The position numbers and the translations under genes are program-made. The notes under the pieces were generated by a model. It was not told the origin of the DNA and ran no database searches. It saw only the letters and a list, made by a program, of their open reading frames with translations. A stretch of 64,000 nt of DNA from Giardia intestinalis (taxonomy: Eukaryota), in NCBI GenBank assembly GCA_000002435.2, contig CM018789.1. One strand, written 5' to 3'. The first letter of the stretch is position 1. Every line of letters begins with the position of its first letter. Positions 18,493 through 27,456 of this stretch are shown piece after piece.

Positions 18493-18987
18493 ATGACAGA
18501 TGAGCAGGTTGTTCACGCCACAGCGGCCGGCCCTGAAGGCGCAGAAGAGACCCCTGGGGTCGTAGAGGCGGCGGGTGGGGCCAAACGCTTCACAACACTC
18601 GACGACATCGTCAAACAGAGGCGGATTCAATACAAGGCCGAAAAGGCCGCCAGGCAGGCCGGCAAGGGCGGAAAAAAGAACGGGAAGATAGTGGTCAAGA
18701 TGAAGGGTGTCAGCGAGTCTTCGGCCGCATCTTCGGACGCCGTCGTCATGGTGTATAACCTCCCGCAGAGCATCACCAAGGAGAAAATGCGCGAGATTGT
18801 CAAGGACTCCGTCTCAGTGTACCCCGCAAGTATCGAGCTGGGTAAGCCCATTAAGGTCGGATTTGGAAGTGAGGATAAGGCGGCAGAGTTCGCAGACAAC
18901 ATATCTAAGTTTTACTGTAAGGAAACTAGCAAGAACGTCGTTGCCAAAATGAAGTCCAGTTCCGTCACGCTTGTTAAAAGGGTCTGA
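18493..18987 (+). CDS. small protein with a possible RRM-like fold (164 aa)
   Basis: VVMVYNLPQSITKEKMREIV...PIKVGFGSEDKAAEFADNISKFY resembles an RNP-type beta-alpha-beta unit. Weak identification. Confidence 0.4.
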   Translation: MTDEQVVHATAAGPEGAEETPGVVEAAGGAKRFTTLDDIVKQRRIQYKAEKAARQAGKGGKKNGKIVVKMKGVSESSAASSDAVVMVYNLPQSITKEKMREIVKDSVSVYPASIELGKPIKVGFGSEDKAAEFADNISKFYCKETSKNVVAKMKSSSVTLVKRV

Positions 18988-19008
18988 GTCGCGTCTGCGC
19001 TATGTAAA

Positions 19009-20133
19009 TTACGTAGACCCTGCGAATGCACGGGCCATAGTCCGGCCTCGCATCGCATCGCCGTCGAACACCCCTCGGAACCGGCTTATGGGTCCCCGAG
19101 CCTCTGCGGATTCCTCTACGCGTTCGATGTCTGCGGTGCGGCAGGTCCAGATCGCCGTGTTGAGGCTAATGGTGACGGTTCCGCCGTTTATCGCACGCAC
19201 CACTCCGGTCTGACCAGACCACTCTCTTCCAAACTCGGAGCATTCTGCCCGGACCCTCACTGTGTCTCCAGGGTGGAGCTCGCTGGCCTGCGGGGTCTCC
19301 GGAGATGACGAGTCAACGTCTGGTGGGGATGGTGAGAGACGCCAAACGTTGGCTCCAATTCCAACGTCCTTGGGGATCCTGTGTGCGAGCTTGGGGGAGT
19401 TATCGACGACATCGGGCGCCCATCTGACACTATTGCGACTCCTTTCTCCCCTTTGCTTATCTCGACGGGGCCACTCGGCCAGTGATTCCTGCTTTCGCGC
19501 AGACCTTAATGGAACCGTTACCACATGCTGCCCCTGGTCTTTATGGTGAGTACCAGGCTTCTGATCCTGCTTCTTGATCTGCTGGGTTAGCTGAGATGTC
19601 GGTGCAGGCTGATTTTGGGACGGAGGGCTTGCCGATGAGTCCTCCTCGACGCTGTCGTCTGCGTTCCTGGAGATTCTGCTTGTTCTGTGGTAGCTTTTGA
19701 TTATTTCATTAGCGATGGACGGTCTAGGTCGCACCTCCGCTTCTTGTGTGTCCTTGTTGAATGCGTCTGACAATAGTGCATCGAAAGTTAATGGCGACTG
19801 GACGTCCTTCTCACCAGTAGCTGAGTTAGCACGCTCTTCGTATACGTCTACAATATCTTTGTTTGAAGCCGTATCTACAGGCAAGACATTCAGTGGCTCA
19901 AAGGTCATGTAATCGGCGTTAAAGGCGTATTTCTTCCCTAATTGTCCAGCCAGCTCTACTATGTGATGCAGGCATATGTTTATGTTGGGTGTTATTCTGT
20001 AGCGCAGGCGGCAGATTTTACATGCCTTTTGTCGCTTGGAGCTAAGGCACCCCTTGCAGAATGTGTGCCCGCACTTGAGCGTGATCGGAGCGTTAAAAGT
20101 CCGATTGCAGGCGGGGCACTCTAGGAGCTCCAT
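19009..20133 (-). CDS. C3HC4 RING-finger protein (putative E3 ligase)
   Basis: N-terminus MELLECPACNRTFNAPITLKCGHTFCKGCLSSKRQKACKICR = C-x2-C...C-x-H-x2-C-x2-C...C-x2-C RING signature. Confidence 0.7.
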   Translation of the reverse strand: MELLECPACNRTFNAPITLKCGHTFCKGCLSSKRQKACKICRLRYRITPNINICLHHIVELAGQLGKKYAFNADYMTFEPLNVLPVDTASNKDIVDVYEERANSATGEKDVQSPLTFDALLSDAFNKDTQEAEVRPRPSIANEIIKSYHRTSRISRNADDSVEEDSSASPPSQNQPAPTSQLTQQIKKQDQKPGTHHKDQGQHVVTVPLRSARKQESLAEWPRRDKQRGERSRNSVRWAPDVVDNSPKLAHRIPKDVGIGANVWRLSPSPPDVDSSSPETPQASELHPGDTVRVRAECSEFGREWSGQTGVVRAINGGTVTISLNTAIWTCRTADIERVEESAEARGPISRFRGVFDGDAMRGRTMARAFAGST

Positions 20134-20194
20134 TTTATGAATGTAGCTGCGAATCCTTCGTTCTAGTTCGCACAGTGGTAAATAGTATACCTTA

Positions 20195-23100
20195 TTAGTG
20201 GGCTAGTTCGTCGGCCTCCGTGACCAGGGCATCGACCTGGCGTACCATGCGTGCATGCCGGTGATGCTGACACTTCACAATCAGGGCAATGGTGGTGGCG
20301 ATCGCAATCGCTGCCCCTATAACACTGCACGAAATTGCAGTGGCTGTTGATGCGCTAGAGGCATTTCTGATGAAGCACGTCCCGGTTGCAGTGTCAACAA
20401 GCCACGGGTCAGCGCACGTTGTGCACTGGAACTGCGAAGAGCGCGTGCTGTTATAGGCACACTCCAAACAGTGGTCAATGTCTGGGCACTTGACGCAGTA
20501 AGACACCCCGTTAGATACGACCTGCGTGTACCCCTCGAGACACCGGAGACACTTGTATTCCTTGTCAAAGGTGCAATCTGCACAATTAGACCCAGCAAAG
20601 TTACACTCCCGGCAGGCCCCGCGATAGAGGTACATTTCGCTGCGGCACCTTGCGCAGGTGTAATCATTTGCACAGACAAGACATCCATGCGCATTTTCCC
20701 TGCATACTCCAGGAACACAGTCATGATAGGAAATGGAGTATCCACCAAAGCAGCGAGTGCAGAACGTCTTAGAGCACTCTGCACACATGTAGAATAGGCT
20801 TTCGCATAGCGTGCAAATGTTACTTATCATAGTGTATCCGGCTATGCAATCAGTGCATTGGAGCTCGCCGTTGCACACACAGCCTTGGGAGCAGTATGGG
20901 TTGAGCTGGCACTTACCCCCACGTAGTGTGTAGAATGGCTCGCACATCGTGCACAAGGGGCCGTATGTTTTGGTCATGTAGCACTCGATGCAGTTTGGTA
21001 TCATGTTGCACGGATAGCAACCGTTCTGCCAGAGGAAGTATGTGGGGGCACAGCCAGTACACGTACCTGAGTACTGGTTGCAAACATCTTGCTTTGAATC
21101 CTGCACACACACTCCGTCGATCGGTACATACCCACTCACACACGTGAGACACTTATCCGCGTGTGCACCTGTTCCACACACCTTGCAGTTATCCTGGTTT
21201 GTGAAGCAAACACGGAGAATGCATGCCTTGGTGGGAGTCAGCATGAACCCGTTTTCACACTCCTCGCACTGGCTACCGTCATTAATGTCACATTTAGTAC
21301 AATATGGAAGAGAGCAGAGGCACTTATTTTGAAACTCTCTGTAGTTTGCATTGCAGTGAAGACAAATTTCTCCATTCTCAAAATCACATTCACCGCAAGC
21401 AGGATCGGAACATGCACACTCGTTCCCATTTTTAGTCGGCCAGTACCCCCTCTGACAAACAATACAGTAGTCAGGGTTGCCGGGAGGGCAGCTCAAGCAG
21501 TTTTCCACACTGCAAGGTATTTCTTCACAGGCGGAAGTTTCTGTCAATCGGTATCCCTTCTCACACATGAAGCACTTCTTTCCATCCCTTGCAATGCATA
21601 ATATACAATTTTTTACGTCACAAGCACAAGTCGTCCTGTCTTCACTTAGCGCATAATTGTATACGCATACATTGCACAAGTTTCCATTGGCACTGTCGCA
21701 CTCAAGACATTCTTGAACCATGCACAGACATAGACCTTCCTGGGGCGTATAGTTTTGGACACACGATGTGCATTCCGAGCCGTTGGTTGGAGAGCACGTT
21801 GCGCAATTCTGCACTGTGCAGAGGCACTCTGCATTTGATGGCATAAGAGAGTAACCGCGTTCGCACTCTATGCATCCCCTGCTTAGAGAGTACTGCTTGC
21901 AATTTGCAACGTTTGGTTGGCATGCAGTTCCAGTGAGTGTGTATCCCAAGTTGCAGATCTCGCACTTTGTACCATCAGATAGATTGCAAACGCGGCAGTT
22001 GTCAGCTGCACAGTTGCATGTTGCGCTGGTTGGACCCTTTATGAACCCAGTTATGCACGTGTCACATAGAGCACCATCAGATGAGTTACACGTCTCACAT
22101 AGTTGCACATCACAAATGCACTGATTCATTGAAAGATCCAGTTTATAGCCAGTAACGCACTCTAGACACTGCTGTCCGTTTGACGGCCTGCACTTTGAGC
22201 AGTTTAACAACAAACAAGTGCAGGTCTGGCTATTTGTTGAAAGCTCATAGTTGTCATTGCATTCGGCACATACATTGCTTTGGCCACAGTTTTTACAGTT
22301 ATCAATGCTGCACGTACTAGTTGTACACTGTCCGGAGGAATCTAAAGTATAGCTTGTCTTACATGCTAAGCATTTTGTGCCGTCCTCGGGGTCGCACTCA
22401 GCGCAATTGGTCAGCGTGCATGCACACTCCGTATTATCTGCTTGCAATACAAACCCATTTGCACACTGAATACACATCTTTCCATTCTCGTGGCACTTAT
22501 TGCAGTTTCTGATCTTGCAGAAGCAGCGTCCGTGAAAGAGCTCCCAATTGGTGTTACAAAACTCGCAGCTCCCTTCATAGATAGGGCTCGCCACCAGACA
22601 CCCAGGAATTTTTCCCACACAGGCACCGTGGACCAAATCATAGTTCAAATGGCATTCATCGCAAAGCTGACCATCTTGTGGGCTGCACGTTTTGCAGGCA
22701 TCAATCAAGCATTCACAGCCACCCTCTCCCTTTCGGTAGCCATTAATGCATGCCTTACAAGACCGTCCGTCCTGCGAGCATGTTGCGCAGTTCCGAATGG
22801 CGCACTCGCATAGCCCATCGGGTGTAACGTCGTATCCTCCAACGCATACCAGGCACAAGTCCCCGTCATCAGGGTTGCATATGAGACAGTTCAGGGCGTT
22901 GCAGGCACACCCAAGTCCATCATTCACCAAAGAATATCCTTTTATACACTGAGCACACAGAACCCCGTCACATTCTTCGCAGTATAGGACCTGGCACTTC
23001 ACACTTAAGCAGACCTCCCCGGAAAACGCCGTGACGTAACCACTACTGCAAATGGAGCATACAGATCCGTTGACTGGAGAGGGGTATAGGCAGTTTTCTA

Positions 23101-24094
23101 GACTACTTGCGCATACCTTAAAATCGTGAGAAAGAACGTAGTTAGTAACACAACGGACGCATTGGCTTCCATCTGCAGGAAAGCACTCAGCGCAATGCTC
23201 GACCGCGCAGGTACAACTGCGTTGGGAGTAGCTTTGAACGTAACCAGTAACGCAAGTTACACATTGCGCGCCGTCAGTAGAAGAGCAGAAGGCACAGTTG
23301 TCCACTCCACAGCTGCACGTGCTGCCATCTTCTGAGAGCCTATAGCCAGTAATACATTTCTGACAACGTGCAGTTCCTTGAGAGCCGCACTGAATACAAT
23401 TCCTTACGGAGCAAACACAGGCTCTGTGTGGTGTGAGAGCATAGTTAGCATCACACTGGGTACACTGCTGACCGTCAGTCGGGGAGCATGTAGTACAGTG
23501 TGGGACGCCGCATATACAAGTTCGTCCTTCATCTTTGAGTGAATATCCACGCGTACACTGAATACAAATGTTGGGCGCTTGTGAAGCGCACACCCGACAA
23601 TTTTGAACTGTGCAGGTGGCTTGTCCAGGTGATACAAACAAACCTTTGTGCCGTCTCTGTAAGGGCATTCGCCTTTCACTCAAGGTGGTGCATTGTAGTA
23701 GAGTAGCACCCGAGTCTGACATGACGTTGATACCGAAGTAAGTGGAGTGGCACGCGAGGCAGTGAGGAACACCACCAACCAACACGCAATCCTTGCAGCC
23801 CGGACCCAGCTTCAATACAGCGTGTGAGCATATAACACATGCGCCCATCTGGTCGCCGTCGTGAAATAGAAAATATCCAGGCCGGCAGCCAACGCACGTG
23901 CCACCCAAGTGAGAGGTGCATGGAATAGACGCATTACCTCCAAGACATAGACCATCAACGGGTAGAAAGCCTTCCTGGCAACGACGACAATAGTTGTTAT
24001 CTAGATCCAAGCAGTCAAGACAGTGGGGAATAGTAGAACCACACTGCCCACACCGGAGGAGCGCGGGCAGCAGAGCCACAAAAAAACTCATCAT
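20195..24094 (-). CDS. high-cysteine membrane protein (HCMP; VSP-like CXXC/CXC-rich ectodomain, signal peptide, single C-terminal TM, non-CRGKA cytoplasmic tail)
   Basis: 1299 aa with dozens of CxxC/CxC units (CRRCQEGF, CVGCRPGY, CTTCSPTDGQQCTQC ...). N-terminal MMSFFVALLPALLRCGQ signal. TM segment ISCSVIGAAIAIATTIALIV, then a KCQHHRHARMVRQV... tail. Confidence 0.85.
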   Translation of the reverse strand: MMSFFVALLPALLRCGQCGSTIPHCLDCLDLDNNYCRRCQEGFLPVDGLCLGGNASIPCTSHLGGTCVGCRPGYFLFHDGDQMGACVICSHAVLKLGPGCKDCVLVGGVPHCLACHSTYFGINVMSDSGATLLQCTTLSERRMPLQRRHKGLFVSPGQATCTVQNCRVCASQAPNICIQCTRGYSLKDEGRTCICGVPHCTTCSPTDGQQCTQCDANYALTPHRACVCSVRNCIQCGSQGTARCQKCITGYRLSEDGSTCSCGVDNCAFCSSTDGAQCVTCVTGYVQSYSQRSCTCAVEHCAECFPADGSQCVRCVTNYVLSHDFKVCASSLENCLYPSPVNGSVCSICSSGYVTAFSGEVCLSVKCQVLYCEECDGVLCAQCIKGYSLVNDGLGCACNALNCLICNPDDGDLCLVCVGGYDVTPDGLCECAIRNCATCSQDGRSCKACINGYRKGEGGCECLIDACKTCSPQDGQLCDECHLNYDLVHGACVGKIPGCLVASPIYEGSCEFCNTNWELFHGRCFCKIRNCNKCHENGKMCIQCANGFVLQADNTECACTLTNCAECDPEDGTKCLACKTSYTLDSSGQCTTSTCSIDNCKNCGQSNVCAECNDNYELSTNSQTCTCLLLNCSKCRPSNGQQCLECVTGYKLDLSMNQCICDVQLCETCNSSDGALCDTCITGFIKGPTSATCNCAADNCRVCNLSDGTKCEICNLGYTLTGTACQPNVANCKQYSLSRGCIECERGYSLMPSNAECLCTVQNCATCSPTNGSECTSCVQNYTPQEGLCLCMVQECLECDSANGNLCNVCVYNYALSEDRTTCACDVKNCILCIARDGKKCFMCEKGYRLTETSACEEIPCSVENCLSCPPGNPDYCIVCQRGYWPTKNGNECACSDPACGECDFENGEICLHCNANYREFQNKCLCSLPYCTKCDINDGSQCEECENGFMLTPTKACILRVCFTNQDNCKVCGTGAHADKCLTCVSGYVPIDGVCVQDSKQDVCNQYSGTCTGCAPTYFLWQNGCYPCNMIPNCIECYMTKTYGPLCTMCEPFYTLRGGKCQLNPYCSQGCVCNGELQCTDCIAGYTMISNICTLCESLFYMCAECSKTFCTRCFGGYSISYHDCVPGVCRENAHGCLVCANDYTCARCRSEMYLYRGACRECNFAGSNCADCTFDKEYKCLRCLEGYTQVVSNGVSYCVKCPDIDHCLECAYNSTRSSQFQCTTCADPWLVDTATGTCFIRNASSASTATAISCSVIGAAIAIATTIALIVKCQHHRHARMVRQVDALVTEADELAH

Positions 24095-24143
24095 GGCGGA
24101 ATTACAAGTTAATCATTGTTAAAAAAGATTTTCGTGTTTTAAA

Positions 24144-25478
24144 ATGTCTTTCGTGGAGCACCGCAGCCGCATTGTGGGGGCCTTCCCCGATGATATCATC
24201 GTTCTCAAGGGGGGCGAGCAGACTGCCCGTTACAACACAGACAGAGACATAATGTTCCGCCAGGAGTCGAACTTCCTCTACGTCACGGGCTGTAGCGAGC
24301 CGGGCTGTGTCGCTTTCATCGACTCGCGCTATAACGTCTTCATGCTGTTTGTTCCCCGCTACAGTCCTGAGCATGCTCTTTGGCTCGGTGAGCCGGAAAG
24401 TAACGACTTCAAGCAGGCGAAGTACGGCGCCTCCAACGTGATGTACATCGACGAACTGCCGGCTGTCCTGGAGCAGACGGCGGGGCGCACCATCCACATA
24501 GTCGATGGTCTACCCAATATTGAGTTTCCAGAGGGCGCTCTTGTCCTCAAGGACCTTGGCCCGGTGATTGCGGAAGCCAGGGTCTACAAGACAGACTGGG
24601 AGATAGAGCAGATGACCAAGGCCGCACAGGCTGGTGCAGACGCCCAGAGGGCCGTTATGAAGCTCCTTACGGATAAGATGCACGAGTTTCACGCCGAGGC
24701 GCTCTATGTCGGCTACGTCATGGCCCGTGGATGCAGGCATACGTCCTTCGATTGTATCACAGCAGGAGGACAGCACGCGTCGATCCTCCACTACGTTGAC
24801 AACGTCTACAAGCTTAACGCTGGGGACACGTTTCTCCTCGACTCTGGCTGCGAGGTCAACGGCTATGCCTCGGATCACACACGTACCTTCCCTGTCAGCC
24901 AGCGCTTTACTCCGCGCCAGGAGGCCCTCTATAACGTTGTCCTCCGCGCAAACAAGGAGTGCATAGCCATGTGCCAGCCTGGTACTCCGTGGGAGAACGT
25001 TCATATGCACGCCCTTTCCGTCATCCTCCAGGGCCTCCGCGAGTGCGGCATTGTCAGGTCCGAAGGATCGTTCACGGACCAGATGGAGGCTGGCGTGCCC
25101 ACCATCTTCATGCCACACGGGCTCGGTCATCTGATCGGCCTTGATGTCCATGATGTTGGTGGCTACAGGGACGACATTCCGCGCTCGACAGATCCTAGGC
25201 TCTGCAGACTGCGTACCCGCCGCACCCTGGCTCCGCGCATGGTCATCACGGTCGAGCCAGGACTCTACTTTGTCCCGGGCTTCCTCGCAAGAGCGTATGA
25301 TGACCCCATCATCGCGCCACACATCAACTTCGATGTGGTGGAGGAGTATCGCGCAGAGTGCGGAGGGTATCGGATTGAGGATGACGTCCTGGTCACTCCG
25401 GATGGCCCCATTGTCCTCCCCGGTGCTCCTAAGGAGCTCAGCGAGATCTATGCCCTCAGAGACCAAGCCTACCAGTGA
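24144..25478 (+). CDS. Xaa-Pro dipeptidase / prolidase (peptidase M24B)
   Basis: Metal-binding signature HGLGHLIGLDVHDVGGY and EPGLYF, with the typical N-terminal creatinase-like region. AGTAAAC polyA signal at 25499-25505. Confidence 0.85.
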   Translation: MSFVEHRSRIVGAFPDDIIVLKGGEQTARYNTDRDIMFRQESNFLYVTGCSEPGCVAFIDSRYNVFMLFVPRYSPEHALWLGEPESNDFKQAKYGASNVMYIDELPAVLEQTAGRTIHIVDGLPNIEFPEGALVLKDLGPVIAEARVYKTDWEIEQMTKAAQAGADAQRAVMKLLTDKMHEFHAEALYVGYVMARGCRHTSFDCITAGGQHASILHYVDNVYKLNAGDTFLLDSGCEVNGYASDHTRTFPVSQRFTPRQEALYNVVLRANKECIAMCQPGTPWENVHMHALSVILQGLRECGIVRSEGSFTDQMEAGVPTIFMPHGLGHLIGLDVHDVGGYRDDIPRSTDPRLCRLRTRRTLAPRMVITVEPGLYFVPGFLARAYDDPIIAPHINFDVVEEYRAECGGYRIEDDVLVTPDGPIVLPGAPKELSEIYALRDQAYQ

Positions 25479-25498
25479 GTAGGTGTCAGCGAGTGGCA

Positions 25499-25505
25499 AG
25501 TAAAC
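25499..25505 (+). promoter_or_regulatory. polyadenylation signal AGTAAAC after the prolidase stop
   Basis: Exact AGTRAAY 21 nt downstream of TGA 25476-25478. Confidence 0.5.
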
Positions 25506-25544
25506 CATTTACTATTTTGCATCAACACAGATTGTCTATCTAAT

Positions 25545-27302
25545 CTAACGCTTGTCTGCTGGTTTCTCTACGTCCTGCGCTCGAGCCAGCCGTTTGAGCT
25601 TGCGCATCGAATAAATCCAGACCCCGATACTAACCACTCCCGACAAAATATCATTGAACGTGAAGCTGAGTATGCAAAGGCGGTAGCGGAGCCAGACATC
25701 TTCGGGGATGTACTTGAATGAGACATAATAGATAATAATGAAACAGGCGGGGAGAATAAAAACTTGGGTGGCCACCCCCACTAGCAATCCGATTAGAATC
25801 ATATTGCATGCCTGGCAAATGGTTGTAATGATAAACTGAAACGGGAGTATTGCGGACGTGGCTAGCATTATTCTTACTATCTGAGTAGACATCATGGTGT
25901 ATAGCTCAGACGTGCTAAAGATCTGGGAGAACCACGGGATTATTATGATAAATAGCACCCCTAGTAGCAGAAGCAGAACACTGTCATAAATAAAGCAACT
26001 CCAGGTAAGCGAGATGAATCTATCATACAGCTTGCGCCCATAGGCGTAGGAGGCGGGAGCTAGATATCCTCCCGTCACCCCAAAGCTTATGGCAACAACG
26101 AGGTTGTAGATACGATTGAGACAGGCCCATGAGGCCATAACCTCCTCGTAGGTTTGCTTCTCGTTGCCATTTGGATTGCGATTTGCGTAGTCAGTCGCCA
26201 ACTTGGAGACAAAGGTACTCACGATGCCTAAGATGACTGTTCCACTCAGCGAGCTTATAAGGTCAATGCATCCAACTCCAAGGATCGCCTTGACATATGC
26301 AAAGGTGCGGTTTTGATGCAGCAATCTCCAATCCATTCGCACGTTTCCTCGGAAAATGTAGACATACAGATAGATAAGGCAAACAAGGGTTCGCGATAGA
26401 ACAATCGCTAAACTTGCTCCCCGAACACCCAGACTGGCATTTGTGGCGGGAACAAAGAGAAAGATGGGAGCAAAAACCCCCAGCGTAAGTACAACATCAA
26501 TGATGTTGCATATACTGACAAGCTTTACGTTCCCCGTTCCGGACATGATTCCGTTGAGCGTGAAATTGAGAGCAGTTATTGGTATTCCACATATGAACAC
26601 AAAGATGTAGTCATAAGCTATAGATATTATATCAGAGGAGTGCTCGCTGCTCGCCAGTGAAAGGAGGATTTGCCGTGCTGAGGGAAGCATGATGATAAGC
26701 ATGAGAATGCCGAAGATGAGCGCCATGGTCACAGCGTTAATGGCAGCTGTCCGGGCCCCGATGATGTCACCCTTCCCAAGAGAGCCGCTGACCGTGGCCG
26801 ATGACCCTATCAGCAAGGCCCACGCTATGGAGTTGGCAATGAACTCAGGAACCGCAGCTATTGTTAATGCAGCGACAGCCGCGTTGGAATTTAAAAGAGC
26901 TTTAGAGACATAGACTGATAAAACAATCGAAACCAGCGAGGTGAAAATATTAGACAGAAGGGGGCCCAACGAGAGACTTAGTAGGGTAACACATGGAGAT
27001 TTGGCACCGAGGCGTTTATACTCAATGGTGTCCTTATCATCTGCGTCTACGTTATTGACAAGTGTGGCATTGGAGGGCGATCTATTGCAGTTGTCTTCGG
27101 GGAAGATGGGGAGAGATACCGTTGGCAGGAGCTCAGAAGTGCTACCAAAGGTTGTTTGCGACCTGAACTGGGTAAGCTCTTTCGTGGTGATAGTGGGGCT
27201 TCCAAACTGTTCTTGAGACAGGGCCATCTCACTGCCCTTGGCTGCGGCAAGTGCTGATGGTGCTGCCTTACTGGGACTGGCATCCACCACGTGAGTAGAC
27301 AT
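25545..27302 (-). CDS. polytopic membrane transporter, MATE (multidrug/oligosaccharidyl-lipid/polysaccharide flippase superfamily)-like, with ~100-aa hydrophilic N-terminal extension
   Basis: ~12 hydrophobic segments in two 6-TM halves after residue ~110. Length and spacing are typical of MATE/MOP proteins. No stronger motif. Confidence 0.5.
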   Translation of the reverse strand: MSTHVVDASPSKAAPSALAAAKGSEMALSQEQFGSPTITTKELTQFRSQTTFGSTSELLPTVSLPIFPEDNCNRSPSNATLVNNVDADDKDTIEYKRLGAKSPCVTLLSLSLGPLLSNIFTSLVSIVLSVYVSKALLNSNAAVAALTIAAVPEFIANSIAWALLIGSSATVSGSLGKGDIIGARTAAINAVTMALIFGILMLIIMLPSARQILLSLASSEHSSDIISIAYDYIFVFICGIPITALNFTLNGIMSGTGNVKLVSICNIIDVVLTLGVFAPIFLFVPATNASLGVRGASLAIVLSRTLVCLIYLYVYIFRGNVRMDWRLLHQNRTFAYVKAILGVGCIDLISSLSGTVILGIVSTFVSKLATDYANRNPNGNEKQTYEEVMASWACLNRIYNLVVAISFGVTGGYLAPASYAYGRKLYDRFISLTWSCFIYDSVLLLLLGVLFIIIIPWFSQIFSTSELYTMMSTQIVRIMLATSAILPFQFIITTICQACNMILIGLLVGVATQVFILPACFIIIYYVSFKYIPEDVWLRYRLCILSFTFNDILSGVVSIGVWIYSMRKLKRLARAQDVEKPADKR

Positions 27303-27456
27303 CTGGGTAGCTCTATAAGTTCAATTTTTAAGCAACACTTTCACTCGCCACACCTCTTATTTGTCATGACAAACCGCTCATCCATCACATCATGTCGTTA
27401 TTTTCATAGTGATTCTGTTAGAAATGATTGGAAAGTTGATGGAGGAATTTACAACT

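Noticed and set aside
20195-24094. Calling the 1299-aa Cys-rich protein a VSP
   Set aside because: It lacks the CRGKA tail and VSP polyA element. The tail KCQHHRHARMVRQV... fits the HCMP class instead.
24510-25508. 332-aa minus-strand ORF
   Set aside because: Antisense shadow of the prolidase gene, which carries the diagnostic HGLGHLIGLDVHDVGGY motif on the plus strand.
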